Of a DNA stretch of 28,157 nucleotides, positions 7,678 through 17,594 are shown one piece after another. Under the pieces are notes generated by a model, which did not search any database, was not told where the DNA came from, and saw only the letters and a list, made by a program, of their open reading frames with translations. This stretch comes from a virus (Duplodnaviria > Caudoviricetes): positions 1 through 28,157 of IMG/VR virus record IMGVR_UViG_3300032302_000076, one strand, 5' to 3'. The position numbers and the translations under genes were made by a program. Within the stretch, counting starts at the first letter, position 1, and the number at the start of each line of letters is the position of its first letter.

Positions 7678-8724
7678 ATGAGTTTCTTGAAGAGCCTAGT
7701 GAAGAGCAGCGGCAACGAGTTTGCCCGCATCGTGACTGATGGAACCGAAGCCGATGTGTCGGGATTTGTTGACACAGGCTCCTACGCATTCAACGCCCTC
7801 GTGTCAGGCACTCTGACGGGCGGCATCGCCAACAACAAGATCCTCGGCATCGCAGGAGAGTCTGCCACGGGCAAGACTTACTTTGCGCTTGGCATCGCAG
7901 GACAGTTCCTTGCCGACCACGAGGACGGTGTGGTTCTCTACTTCGACAGCGAACAGGCTGTGACGAGCGACATGATCAAGTCCCGTGGTCTTGATCCGTC
8001 CAAGGTCGCCGTGTTCCCTGTTGCCACGGTCGAGAACTTCCGCTTTCAGTTGATTCAGATCCTTGACAACTTCGGTAAGTTGGACAAGAAGGATCAGAAG
8101 CCGATCATGGTGGTGCTTGACTCGCTCGGTATGTTGTCCACCTCGAAGGAGATGAACGACACCGCAGAGGGCAAGGAAGTCCGTGACATGACCCGTTCAC
8201 AGGTCATCAAGGGAACCTTCCGTACCGTGACCCTCAAGTTGGGCAAATACAACATCCCGCTGATCGTGACCAACCACACCTACGATGTCGTGGGTGCGTA
8301 TGTGCCGACCAAGGAGATGGGTGGTGGTAGCGGTCTCAAGTACTCCGCTTCGACCATCGTCTACCTGTCCAAGAAGAAGCACAAGGTCAACGATGAGGTT
8401 GTGGGCAACATCATTCATTGCAAGACCTACAAGAGCCGCCTGACCAAGGAGAACCGTCAGGTCGATGTCCTGCTCAACTACGATACGGGACTCGACCGCT
8501 ACTACGGTCTCGTGGAACTTGGTCTCGCACAGGGAGTGTTCAAGAAGGTGTCGAACAAGATTCAGTTCCCTGACGGCACCTCCGCATTCGAGAGCCATAT
8601 CAACAAGGATCCGCAGAAGTACTTCACCGAGTCTGTAATCAAGGCTTTGGATGAGGCTGCTGCCAAGGAGTTCAAGTACGGTGTCGGTGAGATCCCCGAT
8701 GCCGAAGAGGAGACCGAAGAGTGA
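7678..8724 (+). CDS. uvsX: UvsX RecA-like recombinase
   Basis: DTGSY, Walker A GESATGKT, YFDSE, LDSLGML, DMTR, TNHTY and MGGGSG motifs; GGAG RBS. Confidence 0.96.
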   Translation: MSFLKSLVKSSGNEFARIVTDGTEADVSGFVDTGSYAFNALVSGTLTGGIANNKILGIAGESATGKTYFALGIAGQFLADHEDGVVLYFDSEQAVTSDMIKSRGLDPSKVAVFPVATVENFRFQLIQILDNFGKLDKKDQKPIMVVLDSLGMLSTSKEMNDTAEGKEVRDMTRSQVIKGTFRTVTLKLGKYNIPLIVTNHTYDVVGAYVPTKEMGGGSGLKYSASTIVYLSKKKHKVNDEVVGNIIHCKTYKSRLTKENRQVDVLLNYDTGLDRYYGLVELGLAQGVFKKVSNKIQFPDGTSAFESHINKDPQKYFTESVIKALDEAAAKEFKYGVGEIPDAEEETEE

Positions 8725-9497
8725 GCCGCCTAGTAGTCAAGATGCCAACCCGTGGCAGACCACAGAAGTTTGTGTCTGTCCTTGATCGGTACATCAACTT
8801 CTGCTCGGGGATGCAGGATGTGCAGTTCCTGATCTCCATGGATCATGATGATCCAACGATGAACAACCCCAACATGATCTCGCTGCTTACCCGTATGCAG
8901 AATCAGTTGGATGGTCGCATTCACTTCGCTTATGGCTCATCCAAGAGCAAGATCGAAGCATGCAACGCCAACATCGAGATGCTGCGCCGACTGAATCCCG
9001 ACATCATTCTTCTCGCTTCTGACGATATGATTCCAATCGTCAGCGGCTACGATGACATCATCTGCAAGGACATGGGTAAGCACTTCCCCGATACGGATGG
9101 GGTGCTGCACTATGACGATGGATTCTCGGGCAAGGACAAGTTGATCACCTTGAGCATCCTTGGTCGCAAGTACTTCGAGCGTTTCGGGTACATCTACCAT
9201 CCTGAGTATAAGAGTGTGTTCTCTGATGACGAGTTCACACAGGTTGCCCGTCTGATGAACAAGGTGGTCTATATCGACCGCTGCATCATTCAGCATCAAT
9301 GGGTGGGCATTCCATATGTTCAGGCACAGCAGGGACAGATCGCTGCCGAACAGATTCGCAGAGATCCCGTACACGAGCGCAACGAGTCGCAGGAGATGTA
9401 TGACCACGACCGTGGTGTCTATGAGCGTCACAAGGCAAGCAACTTCGGTATCGCTGTGAAGGAGGAAGCCCATGCGTCCATGGCGACCAACTCATAA
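8721..9497 (+). CDS. GT-A fold glycosyltransferase (GT2-like)
   Basis: N-terminal beta strand plus PTRGR, DxDD, LASDDM and SDDEF motifs. Confidence 0.75.
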   Translation: MSRLVVKMPTRGRPQKFVSVLDRYINFCSGMQDVQFLISMDHDDPTMNNPNMISLLTRMQNQLDGRIHFAYGSSKSKIEACNANIEMLRRLNPDIILLASDDMIPIVSGYDDIICKDMGKHFPDTDGVLHYDDGFSGKDKLITLSILGRKYFERFGYIYHPEYKSVFSDDEFTQVARLMNKVVYIDRCIIQHQWVGIPYVQAQQGQIAAEQIRRDPVHERNESQEMYDHDRGVYERHKASNFGIAVKEEAHASMATNS

Positions 9498-10071
9498 GTT
9501 GTCGATTCTTGTACCATCACTCAACAGCCGTAAGGACAAGTTGCAGCAGTTGATGGCTATGCTTCAGCCACAGAAGCGAGACAATGTGGAGATCATCGTC
9601 CTTGGTGATGATGGTCAGATGTCCATTGGGCAGAAGCGGAATATGCTTCTCATGCAGTCGCATGGTGAGTATGTTTCCTTTGTCGATGACGATGACATGG
9701 TTCCCAACGACTATGTGGATCGCATCGTGAATGCACTAGCCAAGCACAACCCCGACTGCACCTCTCTGACGGGGCGCATCGTGTTCTCGGATGGCTACAG
9801 CCGCCCGTTCGTCCATTCCCTGCGGTATGACCGTTGGATCGATGACCACGACAACAAGGTCTACTACCGTCCACCCAATCACCTGAACGCAGTTCGTCGT
9901 GACCTAGCGGTTAAGGTTGGATTCCCTCAAGTAAACCTCGGAGAAGATCGGCACTTCTCCGTCAACATTCGTCCACTCCTCAAGAAGGAAGCATGGATTG
10001 ATGGTGAACTCTATGAGTATCGTTGCCGTAACACATTTGAACAGACCCACAACAATCAGGTGAAGCGATGA
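9472..10071 (+). CDS. GT2 family glycosyltransferase
   Basis: LSILVPS, SIGQKRN, GEYVSFVDDDD and GED motifs. Confidence 0.85.
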   Translation: MRPWRPTHKLSILVPSLNSRKDKLQQLMAMLQPQKRDNVEIIVLGDDGQMSIGQKRNMLLMQSHGEYVSFVDDDDMVPNDYVDRIVNALAKHNPDCTSLTGRIVFSDGYSRPFVHSLRYDRWIDDHDNKVYYRPPNHLNAVRRDLAVKVGFPQVNLGEDRHFSVNIRPLLKKEAWIDGELYEYRCRNTFEQTHNNQVKR

Positions 10072-10970
10072 AAGTATGCGTAACAGGCGGTGCAGGATAC
10101 ATTGGTTCCCATCTCGTCTCTGTCCTTGCATTTCAGGGACATGAGGTGGTGGTCGTTGACAACTTGGAGAATGGCAATCGTATCCACCCGAAGTGCCAGT
10201 TCTTCTCCCATGACATTCGTGAGATCAACGACATCGAAGATCGGTTGCAGGGAACCGAAGTGTTCTTTCATCTAGCCGCAGACAAGCGGGCAGCATCCGA
10301 GGAGTACTACGAGATGGTCTCCGCTAATGTGGCGGGCACCGCTGCCGTCCTAGAGACCGCAAAGAAGGTCGGCGCACGGCGCATGGTTTTCTCTTCGTCC
10401 TGTGCCGTCTACACCAAGGGGATGTATGACCGTGGCATCGTCTCCGAATCAGCCGCCGATGCCGAGCGGGGTACGCAGCAGAATGTCTATGGCTTGAGCA
10501 AGTTGCTCTGCGAGGATCTCTGCAAGTTCATGTCTGATGACAAGTTCTCATGCATCAACCTACGATACTTCAATGTATGGGGTGGGCAATACTTGGATTC
10601 GGCACCCGTCCACAAGTCCGTGATTGAGATCTTTGCCGACAAGAAGCGCAAGGGTGAACCCATCATGATCTATGGAGACGGTGGTACGGTTCGTGACTTC
10701 GTCCATGTCAACGATGTCGTAAAGGCAAACCTGTTGGCTGTGGATCACGCCCCACGCACGGGTGCGACCACCTTCAACATCTGCAACAACAAGGCAACCA
10801 CGGTTCTAGACATTGCCAAGAAGGTCTGTGGAGAGGACTACCCGATGGAATACAAGCCTATGCGGGGAAACGAACTCCCGTGGTGCGTGGGGTCAAACGC
10901 CCTTGCAGCCTCGGAACTCGGATGGGTTCCAGATCACAGCATCGATGAGTTGACACCCGATTCTTATTGA
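10068..10970 (+). CDS. NAD-dependent nucleotide-sugar epimerase/dehydratase (GalE-like extended SDR)
   Basis: TGGAGYIG, HLAA, SSSCAVY, YGLSK, LRYFNV and RDFVHV motifs. Confidence 0.92.
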   Translation: MKVCVTGGAGYIGSHLVSVLAFQGHEVVVVDNLENGNRIHPKCQFFSHDIREINDIEDRLQGTEVFFHLAADKRAASEEYYEMVSANVAGTAAVLETAKKVGARRMVFSSSCAVYTKGMYDRGIVSESAADAERGTQQNVYGLSKLLCEDLCKFMSDDKFSCINLRYFNVWGGQYLDSAPVHKSVIEIFADKKRKGEPIMIYGDGGTVRDFVHVNDVVKANLLAVDHAPRTGATTFNICNNKATTVLDIAKKVCGEDYPMEYKPMRGNELPWCVGSNALAASELGWVPDHSIDELTPDSY

Positions 10971-10983
10971 ACTGAAGGTTTCC

Positions 10984-12069
10984 ATGTACGACTATCTCAT
11001 TGTGGGGTCGGGTCTATTCGGCTCCATCTTCGCTCGTCAGATGACTGATAGAGGGGCGAAGTGCCTTGTCATCGACAAGAGAAACCATATCGGAGGCAAC
11101 TGCTATACCAAGGATGTTGGGGGTATTCATGTTCATGAGTACGGACCACACATCTTTCATACGAGCAGCGACCGTGTGTGGGAATACATGAATCGGTGGA
11201 CGAAGTTCAATCACTTCGTCTATCGCCCAAAGGTTTCAAACAAGGGACAGGTCTATTCCTTTCCGATCAACCTGTTCACTCTGTATCAACTGTGGGGCGT
11301 GAGCAATCCTGCCGATGCAAAGCGTAAGTTGGACGAGGTCAAGGTAAAGATCGAGAACCCCTCGAACCTTGAGGAGTGGATCCTGTCACAGGTTGGTGAG
11401 GAGATCTATCACAAGTTCGTCTATGGCTACACCAAGAAGCAATGGGGACGAGACCCCAAGGAACTGCCCGCTTCGATCATCAAGCGTCTGCCCATTCGCC
11501 TGACCTTCGATGACAACTACTTCGAGGACAAGTATCAGGGCATCCCTATTGGTGGCTACACCGCCATATTTGAGAAGTGGCTCGATGGTATTCCTGTCGA
11601 GACGGGCGTTGACTATCTCAAAGAAAAGGATCGCTTCGATGCCATGGCAAAGCGTGTGGTCTACACAGGACCAATCGATGAGTTCTTTGGCTGTGACCTT
11701 GGGAGACTCGAATGGAGAAGCCTACGCTTCGACCATGAGATCCTGACGGGAGACTTTCAAGGCAACGCTGCTTTCAACTACACGGATGAGTCGGTTCCAT
11801 ACACTCGCATCTGCGAACACAAGCATTTCGAGTTCGGCAAGCAGGAGCATACCGTCATCACCAAGGAGTATCCGCAGAGTTGGGATCCTTCTCGTGAGAA
11901 GTTCTATCCCCTGAATGATGAAGAAAACAATGCTCTCTACGCAAGATACAAGGAGAGGGTTGACAGCAACCGATACATACTTGGTGGTCGTTTGGCAGAC
12001 TACAAGTACTACGATATGCACCAAGTAGTCGGATCAGCACTCGTGAGATCCGATAAGGAAACATCATAA
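10984..12069 (+). CDS. glf: UDP-galactopyranose mutase
   Basis: IVGSGLFG, HIGGNCY, HEYGPHIFHT, YTKKQWG, YQGIP, GRLADYKYYDM motifs. Confidence 0.95.
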   Translation: MYDYLIVGSGLFGSIFARQMTDRGAKCLVIDKRNHIGGNCYTKDVGGIHVHEYGPHIFHTSSDRVWEYMNRWTKFNHFVYRPKVSNKGQVYSFPINLFTLYQLWGVSNPADAKRKLDEVKVKIENPSNLEEWILSQVGEEIYHKFVYGYTKKQWGRDPKELPASIIKRLPIRLTFDDNYFEDKYQGIPIGGYTAIFEKWLDGIPVETGVDYLKEKDRFDAMAKRVVYTGPIDEFFGCDLGRLEWRSLRFDHEILTGDFQGNAAFNYTDESVPYTRICEHKHFEFGKQEHTVITKEYPQSWDPSREKFYPLNDEENNALYARYKERVDSNRYILGGRLADYKYYDMHQVVGSALVRSDKETS

Positions 12070-12905
12070 TGAAGATCGTGATTGCGAATCAATTCAAGAA
12101 CGAAGGAAAGCGTCTCCGTGAGTGGCTTGAGTACTACCGTGATCGTGGGATCACCGACTTCGTGTTGGTGAATGACCACTCGACTGACAACTCGATTGAA
12201 GTCATCAATAGCGTTGCGGGCGTGAATGTCACGGTGATGGACTCGCCGTTCAACAACCTTCAATTCAACAACTCGAAGGACACCGAACACTACAAGGGCA
12301 ACATCGCTCTTGCGGAAACTATCTCCACCAACTTTAGAAGAGTGCATCAATTCGTGTTGCAGAAGTATGGTCGTGAGACTATCCTTGGCTTCTTCGATGT
12401 TGACGAATACCTTGTGGGCAAGAGCAAGGACTTGGCAACAATCATCAATGACACGGCTTCGCAGTATCTCGTGTCTTCTGTATGCTCCTTTGAGATCGAC
12501 TCGGATACCATTGATCTTGATTCGGATGTTCCGTTCATCAAGCAGACAACGAGATCCACATCCACTAGCAGCAGATATAGATGCACTAGAAGATCAACCG
12601 TAAAGTCATTTGCGAATCTGAATAGAAAGGATTCCGACTTGATCTTCTCGGTTCCGATGCATGCGTTTGGTGAGTCGATTCATTGTTGTGGTGTGCCGTC
12701 CAAGAGATTGGGATTTGATGCCAAAGGCAATCCTGAATATGGTCACTATGTCTCACAGCCAATGAACGATACCGATGAGTGCATCACCGATGGAAGACTG
12801 TGCTTGGTTGCTCCGAAGACCATGAAGATGCTTCACTATCGGAAGCCTTCGTATGACCATGCGGTCAACAAGCCACTTTTCGACACCGACCACACAATCG
12901 TTTAA
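12069..12905 (+). CDS. GT-A glycosyltransferase (GT2_4/GT92-like)
   Basis: KNE..LREWLEYY, NDHSTDNS and FFDVDEY motifs. Confidence 0.75.
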   Translation: MKIVIANQFKNEGKRLREWLEYYRDRGITDFVLVNDHSTDNSIEVINSVAGVNVTVMDSPFNNLQFNNSKDTEHYKGNIALAETISTNFRRVHQFVLQKYGRETILGFFDVDEYLVGKSKDLATIINDTASQYLVSSVCSFEIDSDTIDLDSDVPFIKQTTRSTSTSSRYRCTRRSTVKSFANLNRKDSDLIFSVPMHAFGESIHCCGVPSKRLGFDAKGNPEYGHYVSQPMNDTDECITDGRLCLVAPKTMKMLHYRKPSYDHAVNKPLFDTDHTIV

Positions 12906-12919
12906 ACGGAGCCTATACT

Positions 12920-13594
12920 ATGAAGGTCATCTCATTTGGTCTATGGGGAAGCGATCCCCGATACATCGATGGAGCAGAGACGAATGTCTTGCTAGCACGG
13001 AGGTTCTATCCCGGTTGGCAACTGTGGTTCTTTGCCGATCAGACCGTACCAGCCGACACCTTGAACATCCTTGCCCGTCAGCCTGACTGCCGAGTCATGA
13101 TTGCCGACAGCACCAAGGAGCGGCAGCATCGTCTGTTCTGGCGGTTCTGGGCTGCGTCCTACCCCGAGGTGGACATCATGCTCATCCGTGATACCGACTC
13201 TCGTATCGGTCAGCGTGAGCAGTTGGCTGTGCAGGATTGGCTCACCAACCACAATACGGGCTTTCACATCATGCGAGACAGCCCGCAGCACAGCGTCCCC
13301 ATGTGCGGGGGTATGTGGGGTTGTAGAGCAGAACGCCTACGCAACATTCGGCAACTGATCAATCAATACTACGATAACGGTCGTGATAAGGATGTTCGTT
13401 TCGGTGTGGATCAGGACTTCCTGATGGAGGTAGTCTGGCCTTTCTATGCCCAACACGATTGCACCGAGCATGATGAGTTCTTCGCCAAGAAGCCATTTCC
13501 ATACATCCCTCGTCAAGAGAAGTATTATGTGGGTCGGGCATTTGGAACCACTTGCCCCGACTTCGCACAGCACACCAAGAAACTACCGAGATAA
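12920..13594 (+). CDS. Putative GT-A-like transferase of unknown family
   Basis: ISFGLWG..PRY, FWRF, IRDTDSR (DxD), MCGGMWG and DQDFL motifs; located inside the glycan island. Confidence 0.55.
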   Translation: MKVISFGLWGSDPRYIDGAETNVLLARRFYPGWQLWFFADQTVPADTLNILARQPDCRVMIADSTKERQHRLFWRFWAASYPEVDIMLIRDTDSRIGQREQLAVQDWLTNHNTGFHIMRDSPQHSVPMCGGMWGCRAERLRNIRQLINQYYDNGRDKDVRFGVDQDFLMEVVWPFYAQHDCTEHDEFFAKKPFPYIPRQEKYYVGRAFGTTCPDFAQHTKKLPR

Positions 13595-13597
13595 ATC

Positions 13598-14458
13598 ATG
13601 AAATCAGATAAGATCATCTTCACTTGCTCCGAACAGTTCAGCCCCTTCTGGAACTTGCAGTCACAGATTTGGAAGACCAAGATGGGTATCGAGCCTGTCC
13701 TCCTGCTATTTGGTAAGAAGGAGAACACGAATGTCTCCGAGGAGTTCGGCAAGGTACATGAGATGGAGACTGATAGCAGCGTTCCTGCGATTCTTCAGGT
13801 GACCATGTCGAAGTTCATCTTCCCGTCAGTCGAACCCGAGACCACATGGATGATCGGGGACATCGACATGCTCCCGCTACAGACAAACTACTTCACCAAG
13901 CGAATCGAAAGCATTCCGAGTGATGACAATGTATATGCTCATCTGAACTTCTGTGGCATCTCGCAGAGCATGAGAGTGGATCCAAGAGTGTTCTTTCAGA
14001 AGGGCGGTCAGACCACGGGTGGTGTGAACCTACCGGGACATTACCACATTGCCAAGGGTAAGGTATACGGCAACCTGTTTGCACAGAATCGAACCATTGT
14101 TGATGTTGTTCGTTCTATGGTCGATTCGAAGCGATATGGAATGTTTGATCCTGCCGTACAGAAGTACATCGGGCTTGACCCGACCATGCACGGTAGCCAT
14201 TGGTGTGCCGAGGAGGACTACACGAGCGAGATTCTCGCCGTCAAGGCAAGGAACAACGAGATCAACTTCCAAGGCATATGCTACGACAACCGCAACGAGC
14301 GAGTTGACCGTGCTGTGTGGAATCCAAAGACGAGGTCGTATGCATTCGATCCCAATCGTTTGATCGAAGGTCAATATGTTGACATCCATTGCCACCGTCC
14401 CTATCATGAGCAGGAAGATGCCCTGAAGACCATCCTCAAGATGGCTAACATGATCTGA
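13598..14458 (+). CDS. Putative GT-A-like transferase, paralog A
   Basis: GDIDMLPL (DxD) and DIHC motifs; paralogous to 14471-15376. Confidence 0.55.
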   Translation: MKSDKIIFTCSEQFSPFWNLQSQIWKTKMGIEPVLLLFGKKENTNVSEEFGKVHEMETDSSVPAILQVTMSKFIFPSVEPETTWMIGDIDMLPLQTNYFTKRIESIPSDDNVYAHLNFCGISQSMRVDPRVFFQKGGQTTGGVNLPGHYHIAKGKVYGNLFAQNRTIVDVVRSMVDSKRYGMFDPAVQKYIGLDPTMHGSHWCAEEDYTSEILAVKARNNEINFQGICYDNRNERVDRAVWNPKTRSYAFDPNRLIEGQYVDIHCHRPYHEQEDALKTILKMANMI

Positions 14459-14470
14459 TAGAGGTCACCA

Positions 14471-15376
14471 ATGAAGATCGACAAGATCGTCTTTTCGTCA
14501 ACTGAACCATACAGCGACTACTGGAATCTGCAAGCAGAGGTTTGGAGCAACATGGGCATCGAGCCTGTGTTGTTGCTTTGGGGCAAGAAGGAGAACACCA
14601 AGGCAACCGAGAAGCATGGGCGCATCGTGGAGATGGAGTATTCTCCCGATGCAATCAAGTCCTTGCAGATGACCTTGAGCAAGTTCTACTACACGCAGAC
14701 AGAGCCTGAAGCGACTTGGCTCACGGGAGACATCGACCTGTATCCCCTTCAGCGGAAATGGTTCACCGAAACAGTCAAGGACATTCCTGATGACTGCTAT
14801 GCTCACTTGTCCGCTACTGCTCTGACATCCAAGAAGGGCAACATCAGTTGGCACACCCATGGTGGGTTCGTTGGTGGTGGTCAAGACTTGGTTGCTTACT
14901 TCCACGCTGCGAAGGGCAAAGTGTTCAACGATGTCTACAAATTCGATGGTATCTCGCTGACCGACTATGTCAACAAGATCGTGGCAACAGGTAAGTACGG
15001 CAGACACATTCCTGAAGAGTGCAAGACGATGTCCCCAAAGGAGATTGCCGCTTTCACAGGAAGCCTGTCCAAGGATCACACGAATCAGCCATATTGGTGT
15101 GCAGACGAAAACTACACATCAGATGTCTTGTGGGAGGCTGCAAAGAACGGTTTGGTCAAGTGGAAGGGTGTGTTCTATGACTTGATCAATTGGGAAAACC
15201 CATATCAATCGAACCGCATCGACCGCCACTTTTGGCACGGCGGAAACTACCAAGGCGTTGACTTGGCTCGATTGAAGAACAATGGATACACAGACATCCA
15301 TTGCTCCACCCCATTTGCGCCACAGGAAAACGATCTGACCGACATTCTCCGTTTGGCAGGGATGATCAAGCGATGA
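14471..15376 (+). CDS. Putative GT-A-like transferase, paralog B
   Basis: GDIDLYPL and DIHC motifs; shares MGIEPVLLL.GKKENT with the upstream gene. Confidence 0.55.
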   Translation: MKIDKIVFSSTEPYSDYWNLQAEVWSNMGIEPVLLLWGKKENTKATEKHGRIVEMEYSPDAIKSLQMTLSKFYYTQTEPEATWLTGDIDLYPLQRKWFTETVKDIPDDCYAHLSATALTSKKGNISWHTHGGFVGGGQDLVAYFHAAKGKVFNDVYKFDGISLTDYVNKIVATGKYGRHIPEECKTMSPKEIAAFTGSLSKDHTNQPYWCADENYTSDVLWEAAKNGLVKWKGVFYDLINWENPYQSNRIDRHFWHGGNYQGVDLARLKNNGYTDIHCSTPFAPQENDLTDILRLAGMIKR

Positions 15377-16770
15377 ATCTGATTTGCGTATCTGGCAGTT
15401 CGGGTGTGGGCAAGACCACACTCACGAAGTTGATCGAGAGTGTCATTGGCTCCGACAACGCTGTCTGCTTGAGTGGTGATGATCTCCATCTTTGGGAACG
15501 CAACGATCCCATGTGGAACACATACACACACCTCAACCCAAAGGCTAACGATCTCGAAACAGGTCATGCCCACATCGATGCATTGAAGAGCGGTGAGGCG
15601 ATCACTCGTAGGCACTACAATCACGACACAGGCAAGTTCGATCCTCCAATCACCATCGAACCAAAGCCTTATGTCATTTACGAGGGTCTCCATGCCCTGT
15701 ATTACGCCGATACATCTGCCATCTGTATCTTTGTTGACACGGATGATGCCCTGAAGACCGAGTGGAAGGTCAAACGGGACACCAAGAAGCGTGGCTACAC
15801 CGAGTCACAGGTGATGGACACCATGCGGCGCAGGAAGCAGGACGAGGATCTGTACATCACTCCACAGCGTAACTCCGCAGACATCGTGGTCAAGTTCACC
15901 AAGGATAGAGGCGGCTCCATCTCGTTGGAGTATGTCAACATCACCAACAAGGGTTGGGATCTCATGTCCAAGGTAAAGGATTTCTATGATTCCCTGAACG
16001 AGTTCATGGGCATCTGCAAGTCCCTCTCGCTCGATCCCTCGCTCACGCAGGGGCGTGGGGGCAATGTGTCCGTGAAGTCAAAGAGTGGGTTGATCGTCAA
16101 GGCATCGGGAGCAAAGATGGCTGACATCAATCTGCACCACGGATTCTGTGTGTGCCGTACTGATGGCTATATGCCCATGTTCACCACCGAGGAAGAGTAC
16201 AACGACTACATTGGTGGATCGAAGAAGGTTGGTGTCGGTAGACCTTCGATGGAGACGGGCTTCCATGTCGCCATGAAGGATCGAGTCATTGTTCACACCC
16301 ATCCCATCCATCTGAATGCTCTCCTTTGCAGCAAGGAGGCACGGGCGATTCTCAAGGGACTCTTCCAAGACCTGTCATATGAATTCGTAGAGTACACCGT
16401 GCCTGGTATGGAACTCGTGAACCGCATTCGTGATAGCAAGGGCATCCTGTTCCTAGAGAACCATGGACTCATCGTCGGTGCAGATACCGCAGAGGAAGCC
16501 ATGAGCATCACCGAGGAGATCAACAACAAGTGCAAGCGATGGCTAGGTAATCATGTAGAGTCTTTCGTGGACTTCGATGAGAACGATACTGAAACGAATC
16601 TCCCGCTGTTCCCCGATGCAGCCGTGCTGCCCGAAGAGATGTCTCCAACCAACAACTACATACTACGGTTGATGACGGGGGCTTGCCTGACTCCGAAGTT
16701 CCTTGACGAGTCGCAAGTCAAGCACCTCAATGACATGACATCCGAGAAATACAGGAAGGCTATACCATGA
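15373..16770 (+). CDS. Fusion of a phosphoribulokinase/uridine-kinase family P-loop kinase with a class II aldolase/adducin domain
   Basis: GSSGVGKT, DDLH, YNHDTGKFDPP, EGLH, WKVKRD..RG, then GGNVS, PSME..FH, HTHP, LENHG. Start set at the ATGA overlap at 15373. Confidence 0.85.
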   Translation: MNLICVSGSSGVGKTTLTKLIESVIGSDNAVCLSGDDLHLWERNDPMWNTYTHLNPKANDLETGHAHIDALKSGEAITRRHYNHDTGKFDPPITIEPKPYVIYEGLHALYYADTSAICIFVDTDDALKTEWKVKRDTKKRGYTESQVMDTMRRRKQDEDLYITPQRNSADIVVKFTKDRGGSISLEYVNITNKGWDLMSKVKDFYDSLNEFMGICKSLSLDPSLTQGRGGNVSVKSKSGLIVKASGAKMADINLHHGFCVCRTDGYMPMFTTEEEYNDYIGGSKKVGVGRPSMETGFHVAMKDRVIVHTHPIHLNALLCSKEARAILKGLFQDLSYEFVEYTVPGMELVNRIRDSKGILFLENHGLIVGADTAEEAMSITEEINNKCKRWLGNHVESFVDFDENDTETNLPLFPDAAVLPEEMSPTNNYILRLMTGACLTPKFLDESQVKHLNDMTSEKYRKAIP

Positions 16771-17594
16771 AGATCGTGATTCCGATGGCAGGGACGGGCA
16801 ATCGTTTCGTTGAGAAGGGTTACGCTGACCCCAAGCCGCTCATCAAGGTGAACGGCAAGCGCATCATCGAATACATCCTAGACATGTTCGACCGCAAGAA
16901 GGACGAGTTCGTCTTCATCTGCAATGATGTGCATTTGAAGACCACCGACATGGAGAAGATCCTCAAGGAACTCGTGCCGAATGCCAAGATCGTCTCGATG
17001 CCGCAGCACAAGTTGGGTCCGGTCTATACGGTCAAGACTGTCTATGACTTGATCGAAGACAACGAGGAGGTCATCATCTCCTACTGCGACAACCCGCACC
17101 TGTGGGATCGCAAGGACTTCGAGAAGGCGATGAAGAAGGGCAAGTTCGATGGATGCGTCCTCACGCACACGGGCTTCCACCCACACACGCTGGCGCACAC
17201 GAAGATGGCGTTCGTCAAGGGTGAGAACGGTGTCCTTGAGGAGATCAAGGAGAAGGCTTGCTACACGGACAACCCGCTGAATGAGCATGCGTCCACGGGC
17301 GTGTACTACTTCAAGAAGGGTTCGTACATCAAGAAGTACTTTGAGCAAGCCATGAAGGAAAACATTCAGTACAACGGTGAGTACTATGTGACACTCGTGT
17401 ACAACCTTCTTGTGAAGGATGGTCTCAAGGTCGGTTACTACGATACTCCGTTCGTCACCGTCTTCGGCACCCCCGAGGAGGTCGAGAACTTCGAGTCTTG
17501 GGCAAAGATCCTCAAGGGTGGGCAAGCCTCGCACCCGCTCCATGCAGCGGCTTGCTTCGAGTACTGGAGCGAATACCACAAGTTGACATCATGA
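16767..17594 (+). CDS. Sugar-phosphate nucleotidyltransferase (BcbE-like)
   Basis: IPMAGTGNRF...PKPLI, YCD, EIKEK, STGVYYF, NGEYYV and FGTPEE motifs. Confidence 0.85.
   Translation: MKIVIPMAGTGNRFVEKGYADPKPLIKVNGKRIIEYILDMFDRKKDEFVFICNDVHLKTTDMEKILKELVPNAKIVSMPQHKLGPVYTVKTVYDLIEDNEEVIISYCDNPHLWDRKDFEKAMKKGKFDGCVLTHTGFHPHTLAHTKMAFVKGENGVLEEIKEKACYTDNPLNEHASTGVYYFKKGSYIKKYFEQAMKENIQYNGEYYVTLVYNLLVKDGLKVGYYDTPFVTVFGTPEEVENFESWAKILKGGQASHPLHAAACFEYWSEYHKLTS

Noticed and set aside
12914-12919. TATACT -10-like hexamer
   Set aside because: No -35 at the right spacing and it directly abuts the start codon.
13590-13597. GATAAATC as a late promoter inside the glycan island
   Set aside because: Mismatch at the last position and it abuts the ATG at 13598, leaving no room for a transcription start.
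15301-15372. Upstream extensions in the ORF track (664, 1101, 1379, 6613, 15301, 17498, 17908, 19299, 20950, 26788)
   Set aside because: They overlap upstream genes or promoters; downstream starts with stop/start coupling, an RBS or promoter spacing fit better.
15373-15960. PRK-like domain as a carbon-fixation auxiliary gene
   Set aside because: It is fused to an aldolase-family domain and embedded in a glycan operon; no Rubisco or CP12 in the window.
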